Shown here one piece after another: positions 40,042-50,360 of a stretch of 64,000 nucleotides of DNA (within the stretch, counting starts at the first letter, position 1; each line of letters begins with the position of its first letter). The translations under genes and the position numbers were made by a program. Location of the stretch: NCBI RefSeq assembly GCF_049554935.1, contig NZ_CP186926.1, forward strand, positions 320,001 through 384,000, written 5' to 3'. This DNA is from Methanocaldococcus indicus. GTDB taxonomy: Archaea; AGJL01; Methanococci; Methanococcales; Methanocaldococcaceae. The notes under the pieces were generated by a model. That model was given only the letters and a program-made list of their open reading frames with translations, was not told the DNA's origin and did not search any database.

Positions 40042-42174
40042 ATGGATTTAAAAGAAAGAATAGAACAACTACCAATCCCAAAAAAGTTAAGAGAAGAGTT
40101 ATATGAAAAATTAAGTAAAGAAAAAGATTTAACTGATGAGATGATAGAAGAGATAATAAATGAAGTAGTTAATAGATACTATAATGCTTTAATTGAACCA
40201 TATGAAGCTGTTGGAATTGTTGCTGCTCAATCTATTGGAGAGCCAGGTACTCAGATGTCTCTACCTTATGAAGAAAAGATAATTATTAAAGAAGGAGATT
40301 ATATAAAAGCTGTTGAAATTGGTAAGTTAGTTGATGAAATGATTGAAAAATATGGTTTTGAGAAAATAGGAAATAGTGAAGTTTGTGACTTGCCTATTGA
40401 TATCTATGCTTTAAGCTTAGACCAAGATGAAAAAGTACATTGGAAAAGAATTATTAGTTGTATTAGACATAAACACAATGGAAAATTAATAGAGATTAAA
40501 ACAAAATCAGGTAGAAGAATAGTAGCTACTCCATACCATTCATTTGTTGTTAGAAAAAACAATATAATAGTCCCTGTTAAAGGAGAAGAGTTAAGAGTCG
40601 GGGATAGATTACCAGTTGTAAGATATGTTCCTGCTAACTGTGTTGAATATGTGGGAGATATAAAACTTAACTATGATGTTGGTTATAACAACAAATTTGA
40701 AAATATTGAAGAATTTATTTTAGGGGCAAATAAAGAGTTTGTAAAAGGATTTTTAGATAAAATTAAGAAAGATAAAATTGTTGGAAATAAAGAATATATA
40801 AATTTAATAGCCTTACTATTTTCAAGATTTGGAATATACACAATTAAGAAAAAAATTAAAGATAAATATATTCTATTAGTTGAAGATTATGATAACACCT
40901 ATGTTCCATCTATTGGAGATAGTTTCTTAAATTTAGGAAAGTTAGTAGGATATCCAGAAGTAATATTAAATTATTACACTAAAAAACAAAAAATTAAAAG
41001 AAAAGTTTTGAGAAGACATTTAAAAAGATTTGAAGAGTTGGCTAAAATAAAAGGAGTTGATATATTTAAATTAAATGATTATTGGTTGTTAAAGAAGGCA
41101 GTTGATAGTGATGTTGTTTGGGATAAAATAGTTGAAATAAACTATATAGATTATAATAAAAAATATGTCTATGATATAAGTGTTGAAGGGTTAGAGACAT
41201 TTACAACCTTTGAGGGAATATTGACACACAACACAATGAGAACCTTCCACTATGCTGGGGTTGCTGAGTTAAACGTTACATTAGGTTTGCCGAGAATGAT
41301 TGAGATAGTAGATGCAAGAAAAGAGCCATCAACACCAATAATGAAAATCTTCTTAATGGAACCTGAGAATAAAGAATTAGCTGAAAGAATAGCTAAGGAA
41401 ATAGAAAGTTTAACATTAGAAAATGTCTCTAAAAATATTGGTATTGATTTATGGAAAGAAGCTATAAAAGTTGAATTAGATGAGAAAATCTTGGAAGATA
41501 GAGATTTAACTGTTGATGAAATTGTTGAAGCTATTAGAAAAAAAGTTAAAGTTAGAATAGATATTGAAGGTTACACATTATATTTAAGAATTAAAACACC
41601 TTCTATAAAAGCATTAAGAAAGAGAATTCCTAAAATTAAGTCAATACATTTAAAAGGAATTCCAGGAATTAAGAGAGTTCTTGTTAAAAAGGAAAATATT
41701 GATGGAAAGGAAGAGTATGTTCTATATACACAAGGTTCTAACTTAAAAGAGGTTTTAGAAATTGAAGGAGTTGATTATAGAAGAACTACAACTAACAATA
41801 TAATTGAGATTCAAGAAGTTTTAGGAATAGAAGCTGCAAGAAATGCAATAATAAATGAGATGAAATCAACATTAGAAAATCAGGGGCTTGAAGTAGATAT
41901 AAGACATTTAATGTTAGTTGCTGACATGATGACAGCTGATGGAGAAGTTAAACCTATTGGAAGACATGGAGTTGCAGGAGAAAAAGGTTCTGTATTAGCA
42001 AGAGCTGCATTTGAAGAAACTGTTAAACACCTATATTCAGCTGCTGAAAAAGGAGAAGTTGATAAATTAAAAGGAGTTATTGAGAATGTTATAGTTGGAA
42101 AACCTATATTCTTAGGAACTGGTTGTGTTGAGTTGTTAATTGATAAAGAGTATGAAGAAGGTAAAAAAGAATAA
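40042..42174 (+). CDS. rpoA2: RNA polymerase subunit A'' with one intein
   Basis: AAQSIGEPGTQM|...|TMRTFHYAG, LGLPR, ARAAFE. Confidence 0.97.
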   Translation: MDLKERIEQLPIPKKLREELYEKLSKEKDLTDEMIEEIINEVVNRYYNALIEPYEAVGIVAAQSIGEPGTQMSLPYEEKIIIKEGDYIKAVEIGKLVDEMIEKYGFEKIGNSEVCDLPIDIYALSLDQDEKVHWKRIISCIRHKHNGKLIEIKTKSGRRIVATPYHSFVVRKNNIIVPVKGEELRVGDRLPVVRYVPANCVEYVGDIKLNYDVGYNNKFENIEEFILGANKEFVKGFLDKIKKDKIVGNKEYINLIALLFSRFGIYTIKKKIKDKYILLVEDYDNTYVPSIGDSFLNLGKLVGYPEVILNYYTKKQKIKRKVLRRHLKRFEELAKIKGVDIFKLNDYWLLKKAVDSDVVWDKIVEINYIDYNKKYVYDISVEGLETFTTFEGILTHNTMRTFHYAGVAELNVTLGLPRMIEIVDARKEPSTPIMKIFLMEPENKELAERIAKEIESLTLENVSKNIGIDLWKEAIKVELDEKILEDRDLTVDEIVEAIRKKVKVRIDIEGYTLYLRIKTPSIKALRKRIPKIKSIHLKGIPGIKRVLVKKENIDGKEEYVLYTQGSNLKEVLEIEGVDYRRTTTNNIIEIQEVLGIEAARNAIINEMKSTLENQGLEVDIRHLMLVADMMTADGEVKPIGRHGVAGEKGSVLARAAFEETVKHLYSAAEKGEVDKLKGVIENVIVGKPIFLGTGCVELLIDKEYEEGKKE
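40258..41232 (+). mobile_element. Intein in RpoA'' (325 aa, endonuclease motifs eroded)
   Basis: QM|SLPYEE...ATPYHSF...VYDISV...GILTHN|TMRT. Confidence 0.93.
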
Positions 42175-42175
42175 T

Positions 42176-42238
42176 AGGGCTCAGTTGCGGGAGTAGTCAT
42201 CATTAAATATCAGATAGCGAAATTATCATCATTGCCCT
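42176..42238 (-). ncRNA. Dual-guide box C/D sRNA
   Basis: Minus strand: AGGGC-A-AUGAUGA(C)-UAAUUUCGCUAU-CUGA(D')-UAUUUA-AUGAUGA(C')-CUACUCCCGCAA-CUGA(D)-GCCCU. Four perfect boxes, two 12-nt guides, 5-bp terminal stem. Confidence 0.93.
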
Positions 42239-42262
42239 TTATTATTTTTTCTGAGGATTTTT

Positions 42263-42820
42263 ATGCTAACTATTTATATAATTGGAATTTGTATTGTTAT
42301 TTATATACTAAAATTATTTTTTCCACAGATTTTTATTTACTTAGCTTTTTGGCCACAATTATTTATTAAATATCCTTGGCAAATAATAACAAGTATTTTT
42401 GTTCATTCAACTATAACCCATCTATTATTTAATATGTTTGTCTTGTTTATTTTTGGTTTATCTCTTGAAAGATTAATTGGTAGTAAAAGATTTTTATTTT
42501 TATTTTTAGCATCTGGGATTTTTGGAAATATTGCATATCTATTTTATTCTATACTTACAAATTCTTATTTTCCTGTTGTTGGAGCATCAGGTGCAATTTA
42601 TGGAATTTTAGGAACATTAGCTATTTTAAAACCAGATATGAAAGTTGTTATCTTCCCTCTACCAGTTCCTATATGTATTAGATGGGTAATTTTAATATTG
42701 ACATTAATTGATATAATTCTGTTACCATATTCAGAGAAGGATAGAATAGCTCATGTATCTCATTTATCAGGTTTATTGTTTGGAGTAGCTTATGGATATT
42801 ATTTAAAAAATAAGTTTTGA
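42263..42820 (+). CDS. Rhomboid intramembrane protease
   Basis: WQIITSIFVH, HLLFNM, GASG, AHVSHLSG. Confidence 0.92.
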   Translation: MLTIYIIGICIVIYILKLFFPQIFIYLAFWPQLFIKYPWQIITSIFVHSTITHLLFNMFVLFIFGLSLERLIGSKRFLFLFLASGIFGNIAYLFYSILTNSYFPVVGASGAIYGILGTLAILKPDMKVVIFPLPVPICIRWVILILTLIDIILLPYSEKDRIAHVSHLSGLLFGVAYGYYLKNKF

Positions 42821-42827
42821 TAGATAT

Positions 42828-43088
42828 TTATTTATTTTTTAGTTCTTTACATATTTTTTTTAAGAGTTCTAATTTATTCCCCTGATAATCTATCTCTACA
42901 CAACCACAAACATCCCAGTGTTGTCTTGGATACCTTTTATCTCTATAAATCTTCACATTAAATCCCATTCTCTCCAAAGCTTTTGCTATTTTATCTACTC
43001 TTGGATTTTTTATGGCTAAATTTTTTGGAACTTTTCTTCCTTCTTTTCTTGATTTTTCTTTATCTATATATGCTGGCCAAATAATCAT
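42828..43088 (-). CDS. srp19: Signal recognition particle 19 kDa protein
   Basis: IIWPAYID..KSRKEGRKVP, KRYPR..W. Confidence 0.95.
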   Translation of the reverse strand: MIIWPAYIDKEKSRKEGRKVPKNLAIKNPRVDKIAKALERMGFNVKIYRDKRYPRQHWDVCGCVEIDYQGNKLELLKKICKELKNK

Positions 43089-44042
43089 TCAAATCCACCC
43101 TGCTTTTTTAAATATATATCCAATTGTTAATAAAAACAAAATCATAATTGAAAAAATTATCCAGAAACCTTCTGGTGAATTTATTAAAGGCATATATTGA
43201 AAGTTCATTCCAAATATTCCAGTTATCCACATAGGAACAGCAAAAACAGTAGTAACCATAGTTAGTATTTTCATTATTTGATTCATTTTTATATTTTCTA
43301 ATGATATTGCAGTATCCATCATTGATGTTAAAAATTCTCTAAATGTAGATGTCATATCTATTAGTTGGAGAGTGTCATAATAGAGTTCTTCAAAATTTTC
43401 TTTATCTTCTTTTGTAATTATTGGTAAATACTTTCTTTTTAATAGTAAGAGGACATCTCTATTACCAATTAAAGATTTGTGGAAATAAATCAAAGTTTTT
43501 CTTAATTCTAAAATTTCCTCTATTATAGCTTTATCAAATCCTTCCAAAATTTTGTCTTCTAATATTTCTAATCTATCTTCAAACTCTAACAAAATTCTTG
43601 AGTAGCTTCTTGTTATCTCACTTAATATAACATATAAAAAATGTCCTACATTTTTAAAAATAGATTTTGGTTTTTTTTCTAATATTATATTTACAATTCT
43701 ATCAATAGATTTAATTTTGTTTTTATGGATAGTTATAACGATATTATCTTTTAAAAAAATTCCTAATGATGTTGTTGATATTTCTTCCTCATCTTCAAAC
43801 AATGGAGTTTTATAAACAACTAAATAGAAATCTTCATTTTCCTCTACTCTTGGAACTTCTTGTTCATCTAAAACATCTATAAAATCTGAAACAGGAATAT
43901 TTATTTTTTTAGACATTTTTATTAGTTCTTCATTCTTGGGATTATAACAATCCATCCATATTAACTTATATTTTGAAAAATCATCATTTAAGTCAATTTC
44001 AATAACATTATCTATATCATCTATCCCCAAAACTTTAATCAT
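43089..44042 (-). CDS. corA: Mg2+/Co2+ transporter CorA
   Basis: MNQIMKILT, GIFGMNF, two C-terminal TMs. Confidence 0.95.
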   Translation of the reverse strand: MIKVLGIDDIDNVIEIDLNDDFSKYKLIWMDCYNPKNEELIKMSKKINIPVSDFIDVLDEQEVPRVEENEDFYLVVYKTPLFEDEEEISTTSLGIFLKDNIVITIHKNKIKSIDRIVNIILEKKPKSIFKNVGHFLYVILSEITRSYSRILLEFEDRLEILEDKILEGFDKAIIEEILELRKTLIYFHKSLIGNRDVLLLLKRKYLPIITKEDKENFEELYYDTLQLIDMTSTFREFLTSMMDTAISLENIKMNQIMKILTMVTTVFAVPMWITGIFGMNFQYMPLINSPEGFWIIFSIMILFLLTIGYIFKKAGWI

Positions 44043-44096
44043 ACTTTTACCCAATATTTATTTAGACTATTCATATATTGCCTATTATGGATATTT

Positions 44097-45152
44097 TTAC
44101 CTTTTAAATAGTAAAATTATTGACAATATAATAGTTATAGACACATATAAAACTACATAGATAACAAACCAAACAAAAGCTTCTTTTCCCAATAGGTAGT
44201 TGCATCCAACAATAATAAGCTCTCTTGTTATAAAAATACAAATAAAATAAAATAAATGTTCTTTAAATATACTAATTAAACTCTCATTAGAGTGTAGAAT
44301 TTTATCAATAAACTTACCAATAACTAATGTTATTAATCCCAAAGTTAATGGATTCACAAAATTTAATAAGAACATTGCTACATATTCATTTAGTTTTAAA
44401 CTTGTCTGAACTTGACTGTATGCATAGATAACTCCAACAATGAATATAAAAACTGATACTGATAATGATATAGGGTATATCTTACCAAGCATTAGTTGTT
44501 CATCTTTAATTTTCTCTTTTATTAGTTTTCTAACTCCAGCTCCCTCTGCTAATATATACAATCCTAACAAACCAACAACAATTCTCCAACCTATATCTGC
44601 AAATATAGCATATAATAGCAATGAAAAACCAATGAATGTTAAAATAAGAGGTATATATTCTTCCATTGTCTTTTTTAGGAACTCCTGAATTAAGTAGTAG
44701 GTTGATTCTAATGTCTCACTTTGTTTAACAACTATCCTCTTTTTCCATACTACTATATCCTTTCCTTCAATATACTTTATAACCATCTCATCCTCTTTTC
44801 CATCTGAGACTAAATATATAAAATCTGGATTATATAAGTATATTAAAAAATCAATTTGTTTTTTTATTTTTAATGCACATTCCTCAGATTCCACATTCTT
44901 ATCCCCAGAAATTAAAGCAATTTGTACATTTTCATACTTTGATTTTAGTTCATCATATAACTTTACTCCTCCTAAAATAGAATTTACATCACTATCTCCA
45001 GGGTCTGCTAATCCAAGTTTTATAGCAGCTTTTATATTATCCTCTCTCCCTAAAATAGGTGTTGATAATCCTGCTTTTCTTCCAATATCATCATCTAAAT
45101 CCACAATTAAAACTAAATAATTATCTATATTCATAGTATCATATTGTCTCAT
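44097..45152 (-). CDS. DUF373 membrane protein
   Basis: VDLDDDIG, DPGDSDVN, VSDGKEDE, VVKQSETLESTYY; start may be 45134. Confidence 0.85.
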   Translation of the reverse strand: MRQYDTMNIDNYLVLIVDLDDDIGRKAGLSTPILGREDNIKAAIKLGLADPGDSDVNSILGGVKLYDELKSKYENVQIALISGDKNVESEECALKIKKQIDFLIYLYNPDFIYLVSDGKEDEMVIKYIEGKDIVVWKKRIVVKQSETLESTYYLIQEFLKKTMEEYIPLILTFIGFSLLLYAIFADIGWRIVVGLLGLYILAEGAGVRKLIKEKIKDEQLMLGKIYPISLSVSVFIFIVGVIYAYSQVQTSLKLNEYVAMFLLNFVNPLTLGLITLVIGKFIDKILHSNESLISIFKEHLFYFICIFITRELIIVGCNYLLGKEAFVWFVIYVVLYVSITIILSIILLFKR

Positions 45153-45939
45153 AAACTTTTTTTAAAAGTTGAGCATCCCTCTCTAATAATGGGCTTTCAC
45201 ATATTATAGTCCCTTCAACATTAAAATCTTTTAAGGCTTTTAATACATCTTTATAGTTAAAATTAGATAACTCTAAAGGTAAATGTCTAATCTCCCCTTT
45301 TTTTCCATATTCTACTCCTGAAAGGTGGATATGCATATTCTTAATAGATTCTTTCCCTAAAATATTCTCTATTTTTTCCAAAATTTTATAAAACTCATCA
45401 TAGTTGTTAATCTTTCCCAAACTTCTTGCATAGATATGATGAAAATCTACACATGGGAAAAGATTTAAATCATAACATAAATTTAAAATTTCATCTAAAT
45501 CTCCAAATATATTTATTTTCCCAGTATTTTCAGGTCTTAAATTTATATCAATATTTAAAATACTTAAAGTATTTATAACCTCTTTTAAGTTTTCTTTTAT
45601 ATTATTATAAGTTTCTCTTTTACTTTTATTTAGATAATATCCACAATGGAAAACTAAATTTTTTCCTAAATGTCTTAATACTTTTGCAGATTTTATAATT
45701 CTTTTTTTACTTCTTTCCAATTTTTCTAAATCATTTGCATTTAAATTAATATAGTGTGGTGCATGAGCAGAGAAAATAATCTCATCATTAGCATATTTTT
45801 TTAGCATTTTTGCATAATCTTCACTCATATATACTCCATGTATAAACTCTAATTCTAAGGCATTCAAATCTAAACTTTTTAAATATTTTATCCTTTCAAA
45901 TTCATTCTTTTTAGAGGTCCCAGCAGAACCAAAGTTCAT
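45139..45939 (-). CDS. Endonuclease IV-like TIM-barrel protein
   Basis: SAHAPHYINL, FHCG, RPENTGK, CVDFHH, HIHLSG, ICESP. Confidence 0.87.
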   Translation of the reverse strand: MNFGSAGTSKKNEFERIKYLKSLDLNALELEFIHGVYMSEDYAKMLKKYANDEIIFSAHAPHYINLNANDLEKLERSKKRIIKSAKVLRHLGKNLVFHCGYYLNKSKRETYNNIKENLKEVINTLSILNIDINLRPENTGKINIFGDLDEILNLCYDLNLFPCVDFHHIYARSLGKINNYDEFYKILEKIENILGKESIKNMHIHLSGVEYGKKGEIRHLPLELSNFNYKDVLKALKDFNVEGTIICESPLLERDAQLLKKVYETI

Positions 45940-47258
45940 TATTTCCACTCAAAATTTAATAATGATGATGCAAAATAAGGATTAGCTACACAATGCTGAT
46001 GCATATATCCTGCTAAAACATTTCCTTTAAAGATACCATCATATTGATTAACTATCCCTCTACCTCTCAAAATTTTTAATGAAAAATTATTCTCTTTTAT
46101 ATTTATTAATTTAGAATAGTGAAATTCATGTCCTTTAATAATTTTACCTTTTTTACCTAAACAACAATCTTTTAAGATTTTTGCTTTCACATAACTCAAT
46201 CCTTGGACATTTTTTGTCATTGTAGATGAACAATTTAACAATCCTACCATCTCAGTATTATCTATTTTTTTTGTTAAATACATTAAGCCACCACATTCAG
46301 CATATATTAATCCATCAAATTCTTTCAAAAAATTTATCATATCCTTATTTTTTGACAATTCTTCTTTAAATATTTCTGGATATCCCCCTCCTATGTAGAT
46401 AATATCTGCATCTACTTCTTTATCTTCCAATGGGCTAAAAAACTTTATTTTAGCCTTATTTTCTTTTAAGGCATCAAAATTTATATGATAATAAAAATTA
46501 AATGCTTTATCATAAGCAACAGCTACTTTTTTCTTATTCTCATTTATCTCCCACAATGGAACTTCGTCTATCTCCTCATAGTCTTCATCAGCTATCTCTA
46601 CAATTTTATCTAAATCTAAATACTTCTCTATTAATTTTCCCCATCTATCTATCTCTTCTTTCCTATTTTTTTCATCAGTTGGAACTAAACCTAAATGTCT
46701 CCCTTCAACTTTAAAATTTTCATCTCTTGGAATAAATCCTATAATTTCAATATCTGGGAGATAGTAATTCATGGCTTCCTTTAACTTTTTTATATGCTTT
46801 TCTCCTCTGACAAAATTGAAGATAACTCCTTTTATATTTACATTTCCAAAACTAATAAATCCTTTAATTGTAGCTATTGCACTTCTTGTTATTGACTTTG
46901 CATTTACAATTAAAATAACTGGACAACTTAAAGCTTTGGCAATACTTTCAGAACTCCCAACACTATCAATTGGAGATATTCCTTCATATAAACCTCTAAC
47001 ACCTTCAATAATTGATATATATTTATTTTTAGAATATCTCTGAAAAACAGTTTTTATTTGCTCTTCACTCATAAAAAATGAATCTAAATTTATAGAAGGG
47101 TTGTTAGTTGCTATCTTGTGATAACTTGGGTCTATATAATCAGGTCCTACTTTGTAACCTTGAACATTGTATTTTTTAGATAAAGCTTTCATTATTCCTG
47201 TTGTAATAACAGTCTTTCCAACCTCACTTGATACACCAGATATAAGAACTCTCTTCAT
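45939..47258 (-). CDS. cfbB: Ni-sirohydrochlorin / cobyrinate a,c-diamide synthase (CfbB/CbiA)
   Basis: SEVGKT, KVGPDYIDP, EGVRGLYEG, RHLGL, GGGYPE, AECGG, GHEFH; CfbB versus CbiA not fully resolvable by eye. Confidence 0.8.
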   Translation of the reverse strand: MKRVLISGVSSEVGKTVITTGIMKALSKKYNVQGYKVGPDYIDPSYHKIATNNPSINLDSFFMSEEQIKTVFQRYSKNKYISIIEGVRGLYEGISPIDSVGSSESIAKALSCPVILIVNAKSITRSAIATIKGFISFGNVNIKGVIFNFVRGEKHIKKLKEAMNYYLPDIEIIGFIPRDENFKVEGRHLGLVPTDEKNRKEEIDRWGKLIEKYLDLDKIVEIADEDYEEIDEVPLWEINENKKKVAVAYDKAFNFYYHINFDALKENKAKIKFFSPLEDKEVDADIIYIGGGYPEIFKEELSKNKDMINFLKEFDGLIYAECGGLMYLTKKIDNTEMVGLLNCSSTMTKNVQGLSYVKAKILKDCCLGKKGKIIKGHEFHYSKLINIKENNFSLKILRGRGIVNQYDGIFKGNVLAGYMHQHCVANPYFASSLLNFEWK

Positions 47259-47262
47259 ACTT

Positions 47263-47901
47263 TCACTTAAATCCATCTTCTCCAATCAATGGAACAAAAG
47301 AGACAGGACAAACTTTTTTTATCTCTACTCTATCTCCTTTTTTCTCAGCAACTATAAGCTCTTGTAAGTATCTACCAATAGGCATAACTAACTTTCCACC
47401 ATCTTTTAACTGCTCAATTAATGCCTTTGGAATTTTTGGACCAGCAGCAGTTACATATATCCTATCATAGGGAGCATATTCTTTGCATCCTAATGTTCCA
47501 TCACCAACTAAAACAATAACATTATCATATCCTAACTTTTTTAAAACTTTCTTAGCCCTTTCAGCCAATTCTGGAATTCTTTCTATACTAACAACTAATC
47601 CATCCTTACCAACTATTTCAGCAACAACTGCTGCATGATAACCAGAGCCAGTACCTATTTCTAAAACTTTCATTCCTGGTTTTAAATCTAACAATTCAGT
47701 CATTAATCCTACCATATGAATAGCTGAGATAGTTTGTCCATAACCAATTTCTAATGGAGTATCTACATAAGCATACTTCTTTAAATGCTCTGGAACAAAC
47801 TCCTCTCTTGGAACTTTTAATAAAGCTTCAATAACTTTTTTATCTTTTATATATCCCTCTCTAATAAGTTTTTCAATAACCCTCTTCTTTTCATCTTCCA
47901 T
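47263..47901 (-). CDS. pcm: Protein-L-isoaspartate O-methyltransferase
   Basis: [28 protein letters not shown]. Confidence 0.95.
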   Translation of the reverse strand: MEDEKKRVIEKLIREGYIKDKKVIEALLKVPREEFVPEHLKKYAYVDTPLEIGYGQTISAIHMVGLMTELLDLKPGMKVLEIGTGSGYHAAVVAEIVGKDGLVVSIERIPELAERAKKVLKKLGYDNVIVLVGDGTLGCKEYAPYDRIYVTAAGPKIPKALIEQLKDGGKLVMPIGRYLQELIVAEKKGDRVEIKKVCPVSFVPLIGEDGFK

Positions 47902-48661
47902 AATTTAAGACCTCTAATATATTTTTGTAACCTTCCTCAGGAGTTATAACTCTCCCTCTAACTTCCCTTAAAATTCTTTGTATTGTAAATTTATAACTCT
48001 TGTTCTTTGTATGATAATCTTCTAACATCTTACAACCATATTTTTTATCTACATTTATATTAAAATTTTTTAGAATTTCTCTTTCTTCATTTTTAGTTAA
48101 AGCAAAAAAAGAGTTTATGTTAAATCTAAATAAATTATTATCTATCTTATATAAACTTTGATTACCAAATGCTAATAAATCTCCAAATATAATAAAATTA
48201 GCATTTACACTTTTGGCATAGTTAATAACTGTATTCTCTATTAGTTTATGACATCTACCACATGGATGATATCTATTTAAAAGAGCTTCTTTATATATAT
48301 CTTCTAAATCAATATCAATAAATTTAACTTTAACATTTAATTTTTTTCCAATCTCTTTTATTTCATTTTTATCATTTATTACAGGAGAGTAGCAGGAAAC
48401 CACATCTATATCAAATAGATATTTTGATATTAAAACAGATAAAGAACTATCTATTCCTCCACTAAAAGCTACAACACATTTGTACTCTTTATCATAATCT
48501 ATTTTAAAAAAATCTAAACTAAAATTTTTTCTTTTTTTAATCATTTCTTTTAAAGATTTTATAAAGTTATGTTTAAGTATATTAATGTATTTGTTTATTA
48601 CTCTTTCTGAATTCTCTAATCTTAGTTTTATTAGTTTTTTTGTTAATATCTCTTCAATCAT
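47891..48661 (-). CDS. PP-loop superfamily ATPase
   Basis: [29 protein letters not shown]. Confidence 0.8.
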   Translation of the reverse strand: MIEEILTKKLIKLRLENSERVINKYINILKHNFIKSLKEMIKKRKNFSLDFFKIDYDKEYKCVVAFSGGIDSSLSVLISKYLFDIDVVSCYSPVINDKNEIKEIGKKLNVKVKFIDIDLEDIYKEALLNRYHPCGRCHKLIENTVINYAKSVNANFIIFGDLLAFGNQSLYKIDNNLFRFNINSFFALTKNEEREILKNFNINVDKKYGCKMLEDYHTKNKSYKFTIQRILREVRGRVITPEEGYKNILEVLNYGR

Positions 48662-48790
48662 AATTATAATAAACCCCATGGTGATATATAAATAATTTAT
48701 TACTTTTTATTACTTTAATATCATAAGTAGCCCAAAGCTATAAAATTAAGTATTATATTTATATACAACAATTTAATTGGTGAATAAACT

Positions 48791-49969
48791 ATGGATTTTT
48801 TATATACAGACAGTTGGAAAGCTCCATGTCCTTATAACCCAAAATTAGATTTAAAGGACATAATTATTTATGATACAACATTAAGAGATGGAGAACAAAC
48901 ACCTGGAGTTTGTTTCACAAAAGAACAAAAATTAGAAATTGCAAGAAAATTGGATGAATTGGGAATTCCTCAGATAGAGGCAGGATTTCCAAGAGTTTCA
49001 AAAAGAGAAGCTGAGATAGTGAAAGCTATAGCTAATGAAGGTTTAAATGCTGTTATATTAGCATTATGTAGGACTAAAAAGGAGGATATTGATATAGCTA
49101 TTGATTGTGATGTAGATGGAATTATTACATTTATAGCTACATCTCCTCTACACTTAAAGTATAAGTTTAACAAATCTTTGGATGAGATTTTAGAAATTGC
49201 TATTAAAGCTGTTGAGTATGCAAAAGACCATGGATTATTTGTTGCTTTTTCAGCAGAAGATGCTACAAGAACTCCAATAGAAGATTTAATTAAAGTTCAT
49301 AAGAAGGCTGAAGAAGCTAAGGCAGATAGAGTTCATATTGCAGATACAACAGGAGTAGCAACACCACAATCTATGGAGTTTATTGTTAAAAATTTAAAAG
49401 AAAATTTAACCTCTGCTTATATTGGAGTGCATTGTCATAATGACTTTAATTTAGCTTTAATAAATTCAATATATGGCTTAATATCTGGAGCAAAAGCTGT
49501 TTCTACAACAGTTAATGGGATTGGTGAAAGAGCTGGAAATACAGCTTTAGAAGAATTGATAATGGCTTTAACAGTTTTATATGATGTAGATTTAAAATTA
49601 AATTTAGAAGTTCTTCCAGAGTTATGTAAGATGGTTGAAGAATACTCTGGAATAAAAGTTCCAAAAAATAAACCAATAGTTGGAGAACTTGTATTCTCAC
49701 ATGAAAGTGGAATACATGTAGATGCTGTTATAAAAAATCCATTGACTTATGAACCATTTCTTCCAGAAAAAATTGGATTAAAGAGAAATATTATTTTAGG
49801 GAAACATTCAGGGAAAAATGCTATAAGATATAAATTAGAGTTAATGGGCATAAAAGTAGATGAAGATAAATTAAATAAGATAGTTGAAAAGGTTAAAGAG
49901 CTTAGAGAAAGTGGAATAATTATTGATGATAAAAAATTTTTAGAGATTGTTAATAACATTTTAAAATAA
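48791..49969 (+). CDS. aksA: Homocitrate/homoaconitate synthase AksA (coenzyme B pathway)
   Basis: DTTLRDGEQ, HCHND, GERAGN, HESGIH; no LeuA regulatory domain; WKAPCPYNP N-terminus. Confidence 0.82.
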   Translation: MDFLYTDSWKAPCPYNPKLDLKDIIIYDTTLRDGEQTPGVCFTKEQKLEIARKLDELGIPQIEAGFPRVSKREAEIVKAIANEGLNAVILALCRTKKEDIDIAIDCDVDGIITFIATSPLHLKYKFNKSLDEILEIAIKAVEYAKDHGLFVAFSAEDATRTPIEDLIKVHKKAEEAKADRVHIADTTGVATPQSMEFIVKNLKENLTSAYIGVHCHNDFNLALINSIYGLISGAKAVSTTVNGIGERAGNTALEELIMALTVLYDVDLKLNLEVLPELCKMVEEYSGIKVPKNKPIVGELVFSHESGIHVDAVIKNPLTYEPFLPEKIGLKRNIILGKHSGKNAIRYKLELMGIKVDEDKLNKIVEKVKELRESGIIIDDKKFLEIVNNILK

Positions 49970-49982
49970 TTTTGGTGAGATA

Positions 49983-50357
49983 ATAAAAGTATTAGCAATA
50001 GATATATCTGGAAGACATCACCATGAAGGAAAATTTTTTAGAGTTTATGCAGGAGTTTTAGTTGAGATATTGGCTGATAGAATTGTTCATGTTGAAAAAA
50101 TAGATATCTTAGTAAAAGAAAGTAAAAGTCAGAAGTTAAGAGATATTGTCAATGAGATGAAAGAACTTATCAGCAAATTTGAAGATTTTGATTATATTCT
50201 ATGTGAAAAAGGAGAATTTTTTAATATTGACAATGAAATGCTATATTCAATATTCAAGAAAAAAGTTATATTCCCAAAAACAAGAGGGGAAAAAGAGGCA
50301 ATAAATATAGCTCATCATGTTTCATATTCATTTAGAAAATATTTAATTGGTAGATAA
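49983..50357 (+). CDS. DUF2209-like protein, probable non-canonical ATA start
   Basis: Frame is open upstream of TTG 50070 and encodes IKVLAIDISGRH; RBS GGTGAG at 49974; C-terminal AHHVS. Confidence 0.65.
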   Translation: MKVLAIDISGRHHHEGKFFRVYAGVLVEILADRIVHVEKIDILVKESKSQKLRDIVNEMKELISKFEDFDYILCEKGEFFNIDNEMLYSIFKKKVIFPKTRGEKEAINIAHHVSYSFRKYLIGR

Positions 50358-50360
50358 ATT

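Noticed and set aside
41880-42203. 107-aa minus-strand ORF
   Set aside because: Starts within the C' box of the sRNA and shadows rpoA''.
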